From Mobula hypostoma (taxonomy: Eukaryota), in the NCBI RefSeq assembly GCF_963921235.1, contig NC_086097.1:173168001-173232000 (forward strand): 64,000 nucleotides of DNA, given 5' to 3'. The position numbers were made by a program, and so were the translations under genes. This document shows positions 14,271 to 26,260 of this stretch, piece by piece (the first letter of the stretch is position 1; the number at the start of each line of letters is the position of its first letter). Under the pieces are notes generated by a model that saw only the letters and a program-made list of their open reading frames with translations, was not told the DNA's origin and searched no databases.

Positions 14271-15010
14271 TTGAAGGTAACGTGCTATGAAATGCTCTAA
14301 GATAATAAAAGGCGATTACAAATACAAGATTCAAGTTGGCAAAATAGTAATCTAGCCAAATTACAATGTATTATAACATTGTAGTTTTCCTCCACTTGAC
14401 TCAATTTCCTGCATGAATAGGACATAACAGTAAATGTGACAGCACAAAATTTGAATCTGATGTTACTTGCCAAGCATCTGATTCAACTTCTCCGGTGCTC
14501 AAATAATCAAATAAAGAAGGGATGTAATAAAGTACAGTGCCATAAATTGATAGAAAATGTGGTTCCCCTTGATTGGGCAATCATGAACTAGAAGTTAATT
14601 GTTTAAATTGGATGAAAGATTTAATAGAAACCTGAGGGATAACTTTTTCCTCACACACATTGGTACACATATGGAATGAGGTGCCACAGGCAATGGTTAA
14701 GGCGGTACAATAACATTTAAAAGACATTTGGACAGGTATATGCATAGGAACGGTTCAGAAAGAGATGGATCAACACAAGCAAATAGGTCGAGTTTTGTTG
14801 GGCATTTTAGCTGGCATGGACAGCTGTCTGACTGCATATGCTGCACTCTAAAAAGTGGGGTTCACACCTGTTATATTAAAGAAAATAACTTAAAACATTT
14901 ATGAGAAATTTGCTTTGTATATAAACTTCTCTGCATTAACATGTATAGAGATCTTAAAACTGAAGTTTCATTTCCAAAAATGCTAGAACTGTAACAACAA
15001 TCTCACATGA

Positions 15011-16269
15011 AGTCAAGTCACTTTTTATTGTCATTTCAACCATAACTGCTGGTACAGTACACAGTAAAAACGAGACAACGTTTTTCAGGACCATGATGCT
15101 ACATGAGACAATACAAAAACTACACTGAACTACAGAAAACAACACAAAACTACACTAGACTACAGACCTACCCAGGACTGCATAAAATGCACAAAACAGT
15201 GCAGGTATTACAATAAATAATAAACAAGACAATAGGCACAGTAGCAGGCAGTAGGTTGTTGTAAGTCCAGGCTCTGGGTATTGAGGAGTCTGATGGCTTG
15301 GGGGAAGAAACTGTTACATAGTCTGGTCGTGAGAGCCCGAATACTTCAGTGCCTTTTGCCAGATGGCAGGAGGGAGAACAGTTTGTATGAGGGGTGCGTG
15401 GGGTCCTTCATAATGCTGTTTGCTTTACGGATGCAGCATGTGGTGTAAATGTCTGTAAGAGAAGAGAGACCCCGATGATCTTCTCAGTTGGCCTCACTAT
15501 CTGCTGCAGGGTCTTGCAGATGGTGCAATTTCCGAACCAGGCAGTGATGCAGCTGCTCAAGATGCTCTCAATACAACCTCTGTAGAATGTGGTGAGGATG
15601 AGGGGTGGGAGATGGACTTTTCTCAGCCTTCACAGAAAGTAGAGACGCTGCTGGGCTTTCTTTATTATGGAGCTGGTGTTGAGGGACAGAGGTGAGATTC
15701 TCCGCCAGGTGAACACCAAGAAATTTGGTGCTCCTAACGATCTCTACGGAGGAGTCGTCAATGTTCAGCAGAGAGTGGTCATTCCGTGTCCTCCTGAAGT
15801 CAACAACCATCTCTTTTGTTTTGTTCACATTCAGAGACAGGTTGTTGGCTCTGCACCAGTCCGTTAGCCGCTGCACCTCCTCTCTGTATGCTGACTCATC
15901 GTTCTCGCTGATGAGACCCACCGCGGTCGTGTCATCGGCGAACTTGATGATGTGGTTCGAGCTGTGTGTTGCAGCACAGTCACGGGTCAGCAGAGTGAAC
16001 AGCAGTGGACTGAGCACACAGCCCTGGGGGGACCCATGCTCAGTGTGATGGTGTTGGAGATGCTGCTTCCAATCCGGACTGACTCAGGTCTCCCAGTCAG
16101 GAAATCTGGGATCCAGTTGCAGAGGGAGGTGTTCAGGCCCAGTAGGCTCAGCTTTCCAATCAGTTTCTGAGGAATGATTGTGTTGAATGCTGAACTGAAG
16201 TCTATGAACAGCATTCAAATGCACGTGTCTTTTTTGTTCATAGACTTCAGTTCAGCATTCAACACAATC
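15011..16269 (-). mobile_element. 5'-truncated Rex1/Babar-clade LINE (RT pseudogene)
   Basis: ORFs 15987..16214 ([15 protein letters not shown]) and 15568..16017 ([26 protein letters not shown]), frameshifted. Tail aataaaaagtgacttgact. 35-bp fold-back at the 5' end. Confidence 0.9.
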
Positions 16270-18550
16270 TGCATGGTTATAGCAATAATGTAAATGATAA
16301 TTAAATAATTTAGAATAGTTCAGTTCTTTGGGGAAAGAAATTAACTCTGAATACTTGACCATCTTTAACTCATTTAAAGTATACTTGAGGAGGGCAGCTT
16401 TGAAGTAACAGATGCATCTCTAGTCAGAAACCAAGAGAGTAAATTAATACAATCATAAATCAAATGTTACATCTCTGTTATTTCCAGGAGAACTTTTCCA
16501 GGACAGAAGATTGCCCCACGGATATTATTGAATTTAATTTGTATAAGCACCATATTTTTAAATTTAACTTGAATTTAACTGCTTGCTTTTAATCACAAGG
16601 ATTTGTTTACTGAAGGAGGCATTAAACTGGATGTGCCACTGTGCTCTTTACATACCTCTGCAGCATTTCTGCTTTTGATCTTTGCACACCCTATTGCACC
16701 TGACCCATTCTTGGAATAATATTTATTGGTTTATCTGCCGCAAGAATTCAGTTTTCCAGCTGACCTATAATAACAGTTGAGTAAAGCAGCCACCCATGAT
16801 ACTTCTCCCGCTCTGTTCCACATTATTATCTTAGAGATTCTTCAGAGACAGCTTGCCAAGAGGTCTTTGTCATTAATTCAGTGATACATAAATTCAGACA
16901 TTTTGGCAATGCATTTACAGATCATAAAATTCAAAGAACAAAATGCCACAAATTCTAGTGCATTCATCAAACAGGTCTAAGACATCACAAAGGTAAGTTG
17001 ATATGAAGGAGGTAACTTCATCTGCTGAAATTTATTCCTCCCCCAAACAATTACTGCATTTAATTGGTTCATCTGACTCCAGAATTTCTATACTGTAGTA
17101 CTAACCTAATGGAATAGCAGTTCAAGTACTGATTGCAGAAAGAGGTGAAGTATAGAGAAATATAAATAACCTTACTTATGTAATGCTTTTAATGCTCTAA
17201 AACTTCCCAAAATACTTCACAGTAAGGTAAACAAACAATAGATATTATGCTTGTCACTGATACAGTGAGTACAAATGTGATAAACTTTTCAAAGAGGACT
17301 TAGCAGAATAGAAATGTTAAGGTAGTCACTCACTCATGTCTTTCAGCCTGTGTTTCCATTCACTTATGCTTTGCTGATTTGAGTCCAAAATACTTATACT
17401 CTGTTTTGTCCTCAATTTCCAAAACAGTTTTTGACAAGTCTATAATGATCACAGGAGACACAATTGCAGGAATCTGCAGCAACAACCAATCTGCTCGAGA
17501 ATATCAGCAGGTTAAGCAGCATCAGTGGGGAGAAAGTAATTGTCTTTTTGGGATCCTAATGTAGGGTTTTGATAATTTAGCTCCCCCAACAAATGCTGCT
17601 TGACCCGCTCAGCTCTTCCAGCAGATTGCCTGTTGCCCCAATCATGATAATTTTCACTCTTTTAATGGAAACTCTATATGTTTATATGAAGAAAATTTTC
17701 TTAACATATCTATCAAATAGAAAACAAGCAGATAGAAAAAAGTGCCCTTTTAAGAATGAAGATATATAACTAATTTAGTACCCCAGGGACTGGTCCTTAA
17801 TTATTTACTATTTACATTGATGACCTCGAGGAGGAAATGAAATGCAAAGTTTCCATGTTTGGCAAAGATACAAAAATAGCTGGAAGACCACGTCATGATG
17901 AGGATAATGTGATTCTGCAATGGGATAAAGATATATTGAGTGGTTCCGCAAAAAAACTTAGTAAATGAAGTTTGACATGGGAAAGTGTGAGGCTATGCAT
18001 TTCAATAAGAAGAATCAAAAGACAGATTATCAATTAATGGAGAGGGGCTGCAAATGAGTGAGGTGTTCTTGTACATTAATTACAAAAAAATATTAGCAGG
18101 CAGGTCCAACAAGTATACAGAAAAACAAATGACACTGTTAAGTTTTATTGCCAAGGGATTGGATATTAAGAATACAGAAGTTTTGTTACAATTGTACATG
18201 AGGTCACACCTGGAATACCATGTGCAGCTTTGGTCCCCTTACCTAAAAGTGGACATATAAGTCTTCAATTTCAGTTCATTTCAGGGTTGGATTCTGAGAT
18301 TATATAAACTCTTGTTGTAATTTACTGTTTGGAGACTAATTCCTAGGATGAAAGGGTATCTTGTCTAGCGAAGCTAGAGGGCTTGGGTTTGCATTCCTTG
18401 GAGTTCAGAAGATTGGAGCTTGATTGTATTCGAACACATAAGATACTGAAGGACGCAAACAACAAAGAAGCTTGACAGAGTAAATGTTGAGATGTTTTCA
18501 CTAAAGGGGGAGCATAAACAAGAGAATATATCTGTAAAAATAAGGCATTG

Positions 18551-19863
18551 GTCACATCATGAAGACCCTGGAGAGACTTGTTCTGGAGTTGCTCCGGCCT
18601 ATGGTCAGGCCACACTTAGATCCCCTCCAGTTCGCCTACCAGCCCCGACTCGGAGTTGAGGATGCCATCGTCTACCTGCTGAACCGTGTCTACGCCCACC
18701 TGGACAAGCCAGCGAGCACTGTGAGGGTCATGTTTTTTGACTTCTCCGGTGCGTTCAACACCATCCGCTCTGCTCTGCTGGGGGAGAAGCTGACAGCGAT
18801 GCGGGTGGATGCTTACCTGGTATCATGGATTCTTGATTACCTGATTGGCAGACCACAGCACGTGTGCTTGCAATACTGTGTGTCCGACAGAGTGATCAGC
18901 AGCACTGGGGCTCCACAGGGGACTGTCTTGTCTCCCTTTCTCTTCACCATTTACACCTCGGACTTCAACTACTGCACAGAGTCTTGTCATCTTCAGAAGT
19001 TTTCGGATGACTCTGCCATAGTTGGATGCATCAGCAAGGGAGACGAGGCTGAGTACAGGGCTACGGTAGGAAACTTTGTCACATGGTGTGAGCAGAATTA
19101 TCTGCAGCTTAATGTGAAAAAGACTAAGGAGCTGGTGGTAGACCTGAGGAGAGCTAAGGTACCGGTGACCCCTGTTTCTATCCAGGGGGTCAGTGTGGAC
19201 ATGGTGGAGGATTACAAATACCTGGGGATACGAATTGACAATAAACTGGACTGGTCCAAGAACACCGAGGCTGTCTAAAAGAAGGGTCAGAGCTGTCTCT
19301 ATTTCCTGAGGAGACCGAGATCCTTTAACATCTGCCGGACGATGCTGAGGATGCTCTACAAGTCTGTGGTGGCCAGTGCTATCATGTTTGCTGTTGTGTG
19401 CTGGGGCAGCAGGCTGAGGGTGGCAGACACCAACAGAATCAACAAACTCATCCGTAAGGCCAATGATGTTGTGGGGATGGAACTGGACTCTCTCACGATG
19501 GTGTCTGAAAAGAGGATGCTGTCTAAGTTGCATGCCATCTTGGACAATGTTTCCCATCCACTACATAATGTACTGGGTGGGCACAGCAGTACATTCAGCC
19601 AGAGACTCATTCCAGCGAGATGCAACACAGAGCGTCATAGGAAGTCATTCCTGCCTGTGGCCATCAAACTTTACAACTCCTCCCTTGGAGGGTCAGACAC
19701 CCTGAGCCAATAGGCTGGTCCTGGACTTATCTCATAAATTACTGGCGTAATTTACACATTACTATTTAACTATTTATAGTTCCATTACTATTTATTATTT
19801 ATGGTGCAACTGTAACAAAAACCAATTTCCCCCGGGATCAATAAAGTATGACTATACTATACT
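18551..19863 (+). mobile_element. Young 5'-truncated Rex1/Babar LINE
   Basis: ORF 18559..19278 is RT (DPLQFAYQ, VMFFDFSGAFNTI, GAPQGTVLSPFLF, KFSDD) and continues as 19342..19713. Tail gggatcaataaagtatgactatactat. Confidence 0.92.
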
Positions 19864-19903
19864 TAAAACTGAGGTGTCTAGAAATTTCTTCTCACTGAGT
19901 GTA

Positions 19904-21097
19904 ATGCAAACACTTGTACTACACTCAGTAATGCAAACAGTAATGCAAATACTTGCTCTCCATAGGATCATCGAGGAAGTCAAGAAGAACAACCTACCAG
20001 CCGTGCTTACATCGATTTTCAGAAAGCTTTTGACTCCACTCACTGAGGTAAAATGCTGAAGATCCTGAAAGCTTACAGAGTGCCAGACCATCTACTGAAA
20101 GCAATAGAGTCCAGCTATACCAAAACCATGGCGAAAGTTGTATCACCAGACGGAGAAACAGCAGTGTTCGAGCTCCTAGCCGGTGTGCGGCAAGGAGAAA
20201 CTCTGGCACCCTACATTTTTATAATCGTCCTTGATTACGCTGTGCGTCAAACTACCAAAGATCATGATAAGCTTGGTTTTACCATAAAACCACGGCGAAA
20301 TAAAAGGGTCAGACCAGTTACGCTCACAGATCTCAATTTTGCAGATGACATAGTCCTGCTCTCTGACCAGATGGAGGAAGCACACCAGCTACTGACAAAA
20401 GTGAAAATTGAATGCAATAAAGTTGGACTTCACCTAAACACTAAAAAGACAGAGTACATGGCATTTAACTGCGACGAAGGTACTTTCAAGACCGTAGAGA
20501 ATGATACCATTAAGAAAGTCTTTGACTACAAGTACCTCAGGTCAAGAATGATGAGTTCGGAGAAGGACATAAAGATACGGAAGGCGCTGGCGTGGAGGAC
20601 TTTGAACGACATGAAGGAAATCTGGAAATCGAATCAGACCAGAGGGCTTTAAAAGAGGATTTTCATAACAGTCATAGAGTCAATTCTCACGTATGGATGC
20701 GAGACGTGGACACTCACCAAGACGATGCGAAAGTCTCTAGATGGTTGCTATACACAAATGCTCTGGATGGCTCTTGACGTGAGTTGGCAACAGCACATGA
20801 TGAACATCGAGCTCTATAACAATCTACCGATGCTCACCACCAAAATCAAGGTGAGAAGACTGCAACTTGTGGGGCACTGTCTACGCCACCCCAAGCTACC
20901 TGCCAGCCACGTCATCATATGAGAGCCCAAGCACTGGAGGATGAACCCTGGGCGCCCTCCCAAGACTATGGTCAACACGCTCCTAGAAGACAGCTAATGT
21001 AGGTGAACTGAACACACTGATGAGGGAGAGGGAGAAGTGGAGAGTCTGTCATCATGCCCGATGCTGGCCCTCTAGGCCTGAGTCGACGTAGTAGTAG
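19904..21097 (+). mobile_element. 5'-truncated RTE-clade LINE
   Basis: ORF 20053..20652 (GVRQGETLAPYIFIIVLDY, LNFADDIVLL) with upstream QILALHRIIEEV; (GTA)n tail; TSD gagtgta at 19897-19903 and 21097-21103. Confidence 0.88.
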
Positions 21098-23340
21098 AGT
21101 GTAGTGAATATTTGGAATTGTCTACCTCCATGGGTTACACAGGAGACAGATAAGTATGTGAAAGATCAAGAAATTGAGTCATTTGAAGACTTCAGGGGCC
21201 TTTCTGATGATTTTTTTTGTGTACCTGACATCTAATTATCAGTAATCTGTAGAGTGTGATAATAAACCTTTTTGAACCTAAGGCACTTTTCATAGTTTTT
21301 TTAAACCATATAAAAACAAATATAACTAATCTTTGGTCCAGAATCTTAGGCCTACTTGCACCAAAGTCCAAAACTATCAACATCGTTTTCTAATTTTATG
21401 CTCCCATCTGGACCCCCACCTATCCTATCAACTGGAACTTCGGTACTTGCATGTTGAATCATACTGTGCAGATGCTTTATGACCCACCATCATTGAATGA
21501 CTTTAAAAAAGATGTACCTTATTAGTTCCATTGCTCTTCCCTCCACAGCTCTGTGACTTCATCCCATCAATCATTAAAATGATTAATCAAAGCAAACTCT
21601 GGTCACCTAGACATGTGTCCGAACCCAACATAATGCTGCAACTTTTTTTTTTATTATTGTATCACCAACTTTAAAACCTAGTTTTTAATTCACATATATG
21701 TGCAATATTTTTAGATCCAGAACTGGTATGATTGATAAATTGCAGATCAGTATAAAAATTGCAGATGCAACTCATAAAAAATGAATTTTACAGTAATTTC
21801 TATATATGGTTGTTTGAAAGTAATACAATAAGCATGTCATTTTCCTACTTAAGTGCCAAATATAGATATATTCTGCACAGAAGTTTATTCTGCCCATCAA
21901 CCCTTTGCCAGACAATCCAATTAGTCCTATTCTCTGGCTCTTTCCCCAGGGCCCTGCAAGTCTTTTGCTTTCAAGATTAGACATACAGGGTAACAGATTC
22001 TGGAATGTGTTACACATAAACCCATGGTTGAGCATTCTTGTCTGGTGATAGAGCTGCCAAATTTCAAGTATAACTAATTAGGGACAGGTCCCGGTCAGTC
22101 AGTACACTTCTGGTTTACAATTGGCCAAGGAGAAAAAAATAACCTATGGCCCTGGCTTTGGTCCAATTTTTTTGCAACTTGTCTCCACCATCAAACTGAA
22201 TAACAGGATATGGGTGAAACAGAAAGACATGTCTCTGATCATTTTAACCTGTGGTTTTAGTTAACTTAAAAATTAGGAACAAGCATTGATGGATTAAGTT
22301 GGACTTAACAAGAAACCTAAACTTTGTATGATAAGAAAAGGCTTAACAAAGAAGTCACAGTGAGTAATAATATTGTGCAGCAGTAATTTGTCATCTGTTG
22401 CTGCAATTCACTGCGAGTATATTCTGCATTCAAAATTCAATTCCAATGGAGTTCAATGCACACACACATTTGACACAATTGAGGTATTTCATCTCTTTTT
22501 ATTTCAAGTTCGAGGCTTATGTGATGAAAAGTCAACACTGTAGCAATAAATCTTCAATTAACTTTATAATTTTAAGTTATACGACTCTTGAAAGGTCCGT
22601 AATAGGACAGGATGGACTCATGAGTTCACGATCTCCCACATTATGGCCTTGCACCTCATTGTCTACCTGCACTACACTTTCTCTGTAACTGTTGCGCTTT
22701 AATCTGTACTCTGTTGTTGTTTCCATACCACTTCAATGCACTTGTGCATCGGTGATAATTTTAACCGTTATTGTCTATTGCCAAACTGTGGAGGTGGTTA
22801 AAAGTCAACCATTTAGGTGGGTCTATAGTCTAGATGGATAAGGGCAGCAGATATCCTTCTCCAGGGTTATTGGGAACTAGTTAAATTCTTACAGCAAAGA
22901 TTAAACCAACATGATTTATATAACCTAGGAAAGGCTATTACTGGATCACCAAAGTAATATCTGAACATGAAACATTAATCTGATCCACTATTTACAACTA
23001 CTGTGTATTTGAGTGCAAAGGATGAACAGGTCAAGACTTTACTGGGAGTCCAATTTTAAGAACTCTTGTTTCAAACAACTGATGAAATTTCAAAACAATA
23101 CACTAATTATCTGGGTGCAAAAGCTACCAAAGTAACGCATTGTAGTACATTTCTTCAATTGAGACCACTGTTGTACTTGATAATACATGTATTCAAAAGC
23201 AGCTTTATTGCACTCATAATCATGTATTCCCAAGATGTTAATGGGTCAGTGAACCAGTCTTACCAGTTCAGAAAAGTCTTGCCCATTGTAGCAGCCAGTT
23301 GGAATCAATTAATTTTATCATGAAAATTTTACTTACCTTT

Positions 23341-23520
23341 GGTAAATGCGGGTTCTTTTTTAACATTTAAGAGTAAATTGGATAGATACATGGATGGGAG
23401 GTGTATGGAGGGATATGGTCCGGGTGCATGTCAGTGGGACTAGGCAGAAAATGGTTCGGCACAGCCAAGAAGGGCCAAAAGGCCTGTTTCTGTGCTGTAG
23501 TTTCTATGGTTCTATGGTTC
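23341..23520 (+). mobile_element. Short young CR1 3' end
   Basis: About 96% identical by eye to the reverse complement of 40825-40992; tail (tctatggt)n. Confidence 0.8.
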
Positions 23521-23544
23521 TTTTGAATGAAAATCAAAATACCA

Positions 23545-26260
23545 GGGAGTAGAAGAAATAAAAACAGAATTAGGCCATTTAGCCCAATCAGTCTGCTCCA
23601 TCATTTCATCATTGCTGATTTATTTTCCCTCTTGACCCCATTCTCCTGTCTACTTCCCATAACTGTTGATGTTCTGAATAATCAGGAACCTATCAACCTC
23701 TGCTTTAAATATACTCGATGACTTGGCCTCAAAAGCCATCTGTGGCAATGAGCTCCACAGATTCACCACCCTCTGGCTAAAATAATTCCTCCTTATCTCT
23801 GTTCTAAATGGACCTCTCTATTCTGAGGCTGTGCCCTCTGGTCCTAGAATCCCCTACTATAGAAAACATCCTCTCCACATCCACTCTATCTAGGCCTTTC
23901 AATATTCAATAGGTTTCAATGGGAACCCCCTTCCCCATTCTTCTAAATGCCAGCATTTACAGACCAAACACTTGTCATACATTATGTTAACCATTTCATT
24001 CCTGACATCATTCTTGTGTGCCTTCTCTGGCCCCTCTCCAATACCAGTACATCTTTTCTTAGATAAGAGGCCCAAAGGTGCTCTTAATACTCAAGGTGTA
24101 GTCTGACCAATATCTTATAAAACCTCAGCATTACATCCTTGCTTTTATATTCTAGTCTATTCTTGAAATGAAGGCTAACATTGCATTTGTTCTCCTTACA
24201 CTGACTCAACCTGCAGGTTAACCTTGGATTCCCAAGTCCCTTTGCACTTTCCTTTAATCTTTCTATGAAAATACATGACCATATACTTCCCTACATTATA
24301 TTCCATCTGCCACTTCTTTGCCAATTCTCCCAAACTGTCTAAGTCCTTCTACAGACTCTCTACTTCCCCAACACAATCCAAGTATGCAACATCATTAGTG
24401 ATAATTTTTCAAAACTCGTTAGATTCTGGACTAGTTCCTGAGGATTGGAGGGTGGCTAATGTAACCCCACTTTTTAAAAAAGGAGGGAGAGAGAAACCGG
24501 GGAATTATAGGCCGGTTAGCCTAACGTCGGTGGTGGGGAAACTGCTGGAGTCAGTTATCAAGGATGTGATAACAGCACATTTGGAAAGCGGTGAAATGAT
24601 CGGACAAAGTCAGCATGGATTTGTGAAAGGAAAATCATGTCTGACGAATCTCATAGAATTTTTTGAGGATGTAACTAGTAGAGTGGATAGGGGAGAACCA
24701 GTGGATATGGTATATTTGGATTTTCAAAAGGCTTTTGACAAGGTCCCACATAGGAGATTAGTGTGCAAACTTAAAGCACACGGTATTGGGGGTAAGGTAT
24801 TGGTGTGGGTGGAGAATTGGTTAGCAGACAGGAAGCAAAGAGTGGGAATAAACGGGACCTTTTCAGAATGGCAGGCGGTGACTAGTGGGGTACCGCAAGG
24901 CTCAGTGCTGGGACCCCAGTTGTTTACAATATATATTAATGACTTGGATGAGGGAATTAAATGCAGCATCTCCAAGTTTGCGGATGACACAAAGCTGGGT
25001 GGCAGTGTTAGCAGTGAGGAGGATGCTAAGAGGATGCAGGGTGACTTGGATAGGTTGGGTGAGTGGGCAAACTCATGGCAGATGCAATTTAATGTGGATA
25101 AATGTGAAGTTATCCACTTTGGTGGCAAAAATAGGAAAACAGATTATTATCTGAATGGTGGCCGATTAGGAAAAGGGGAGGTGCAACGAGACCTGGGTGT
25201 CATTATACACCAGTCATTGAAAGTGGGCATGCAGTTACAGCAGGCAGTGAAAAAGGCGAATGGTATGCTGGCATTTATAGCGAGAGGATTCGAGTACAGG
25301 AGCAGGGAGGTACTACTGCAGTTGTACAAGGCCTTGGTGAGACCACACCTGGAGTATTGTGTGCAGTTTTGGTCCCCTAATCTGAGGAAAGACATCTTTG
25401 CCATAGAGGGAGTACAAAGAAGGTTCACCAGATTGATTCCTGGGATGGCAGGTCTTTCATATGAAGAAAGACTGGATGAACTGGGCTTGTACTCGTTGGA
25501 ATTTAGAAGATTGAGGGGGGATCTGATTGAAACGTATAAGATCCTAAAGGGATTGGACAGGCTAGATGCAGGAAGATTGTTCCCGATGTTGGGGAGGTCT
25601 AGAACGAGGGGTCACAGTTTGAGGATAGAGGGGAAGCCTTTTAGGACCGAGGTTAGGAAAAACTTCTTCACACAGAGAGTGGTGAATCTGTGGAATTCTC
25701 TGCCACAGCAAACTGTTGAGGCCAGTTCATTAGCTATGTTTAAAAGGAAGTTAGATATGGCCCTTGTGGCTACAGGGGTCAGGGGGTATGGAGGGAAGGC
25801 TGGGTTCTGAGTTGGATGATCAGCCATGATCATAATAAATGGCGGTGCAGGCTCGAAGGGCCGAATGGCCTACTCCTGCACCTATTTTTTCTATCTACTG
25901 ACTCTCTTTTGTCTATCCTGCTTGTGATTTCCTCAGGGAATTTCAACAAATTTGACAGGCAAGATATCTACTTACGGAAGCCATGCTGATTTTGGCCTAT
26001 GTTATCATGTGCTCCAATTATCCCAAAACCTCATCCTTAACAATGGACTCCACCATCTTTCCACCCACTGAGGTCAGGCTGACTGGCCTATAATGCCCTT
26101 TCTTCTGCCTCCCTCCCTTTTTAAAGAGTGGAGTAGCATATGCAAATTTTCAGCCCTCCGGAACCATTCTAAGCAATTCTTGAAAGATCATTTCTAATAA
26201 TCATTACGTACCCTTCTGCTACCTCTTTTAGAAACCTGGGGTGTAGTCCATCTGGTCCAA
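23545..26260 (-). mobile_element. Older CR1 LINE (minus) with internal deletion, host of the young CR1 insertion
   Basis: Antisense CR1 3' UTR and RT at 23545-24392 resumes at about 25894 (actgactctcttttgtctatcc..ggaagccatgctga). Confidence 0.8.
24393..25893 (+). mobile_element. Young 5'-truncated CR1 LINE with uninterrupted RT reading frame
   Basis: ORF 24275..25810: PEDWRVANVTPLFKKG, NYRPVSLTS, YLDFQKAFDKVPH, GVPQGSVLGP, KFADDTKL. No endonuclease domain. CR1 3' UTR ending tactcctgcacctattttttct. Confidence 0.95.

Larger units (their letters stand above)
17775..21200 (+). mobile_element. Old CR1 LINE split by two later insertions (pieces about 17775-18550, 19864-19903, 21098-21200)
   Basis: EVLLQLY..HLEYHVQLWSPYL motif. 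CR1 3' sequence (ttaaaactgaggtg..aatttcttctcactgagtgta / gtgaatatttggaatt) resumes after each insert. Confidence 0.75.

Noticed and set aside
18823..19557. 244-aa minus ORF
   Set aside because: Antisense shadow of the Rex1 RT frame.
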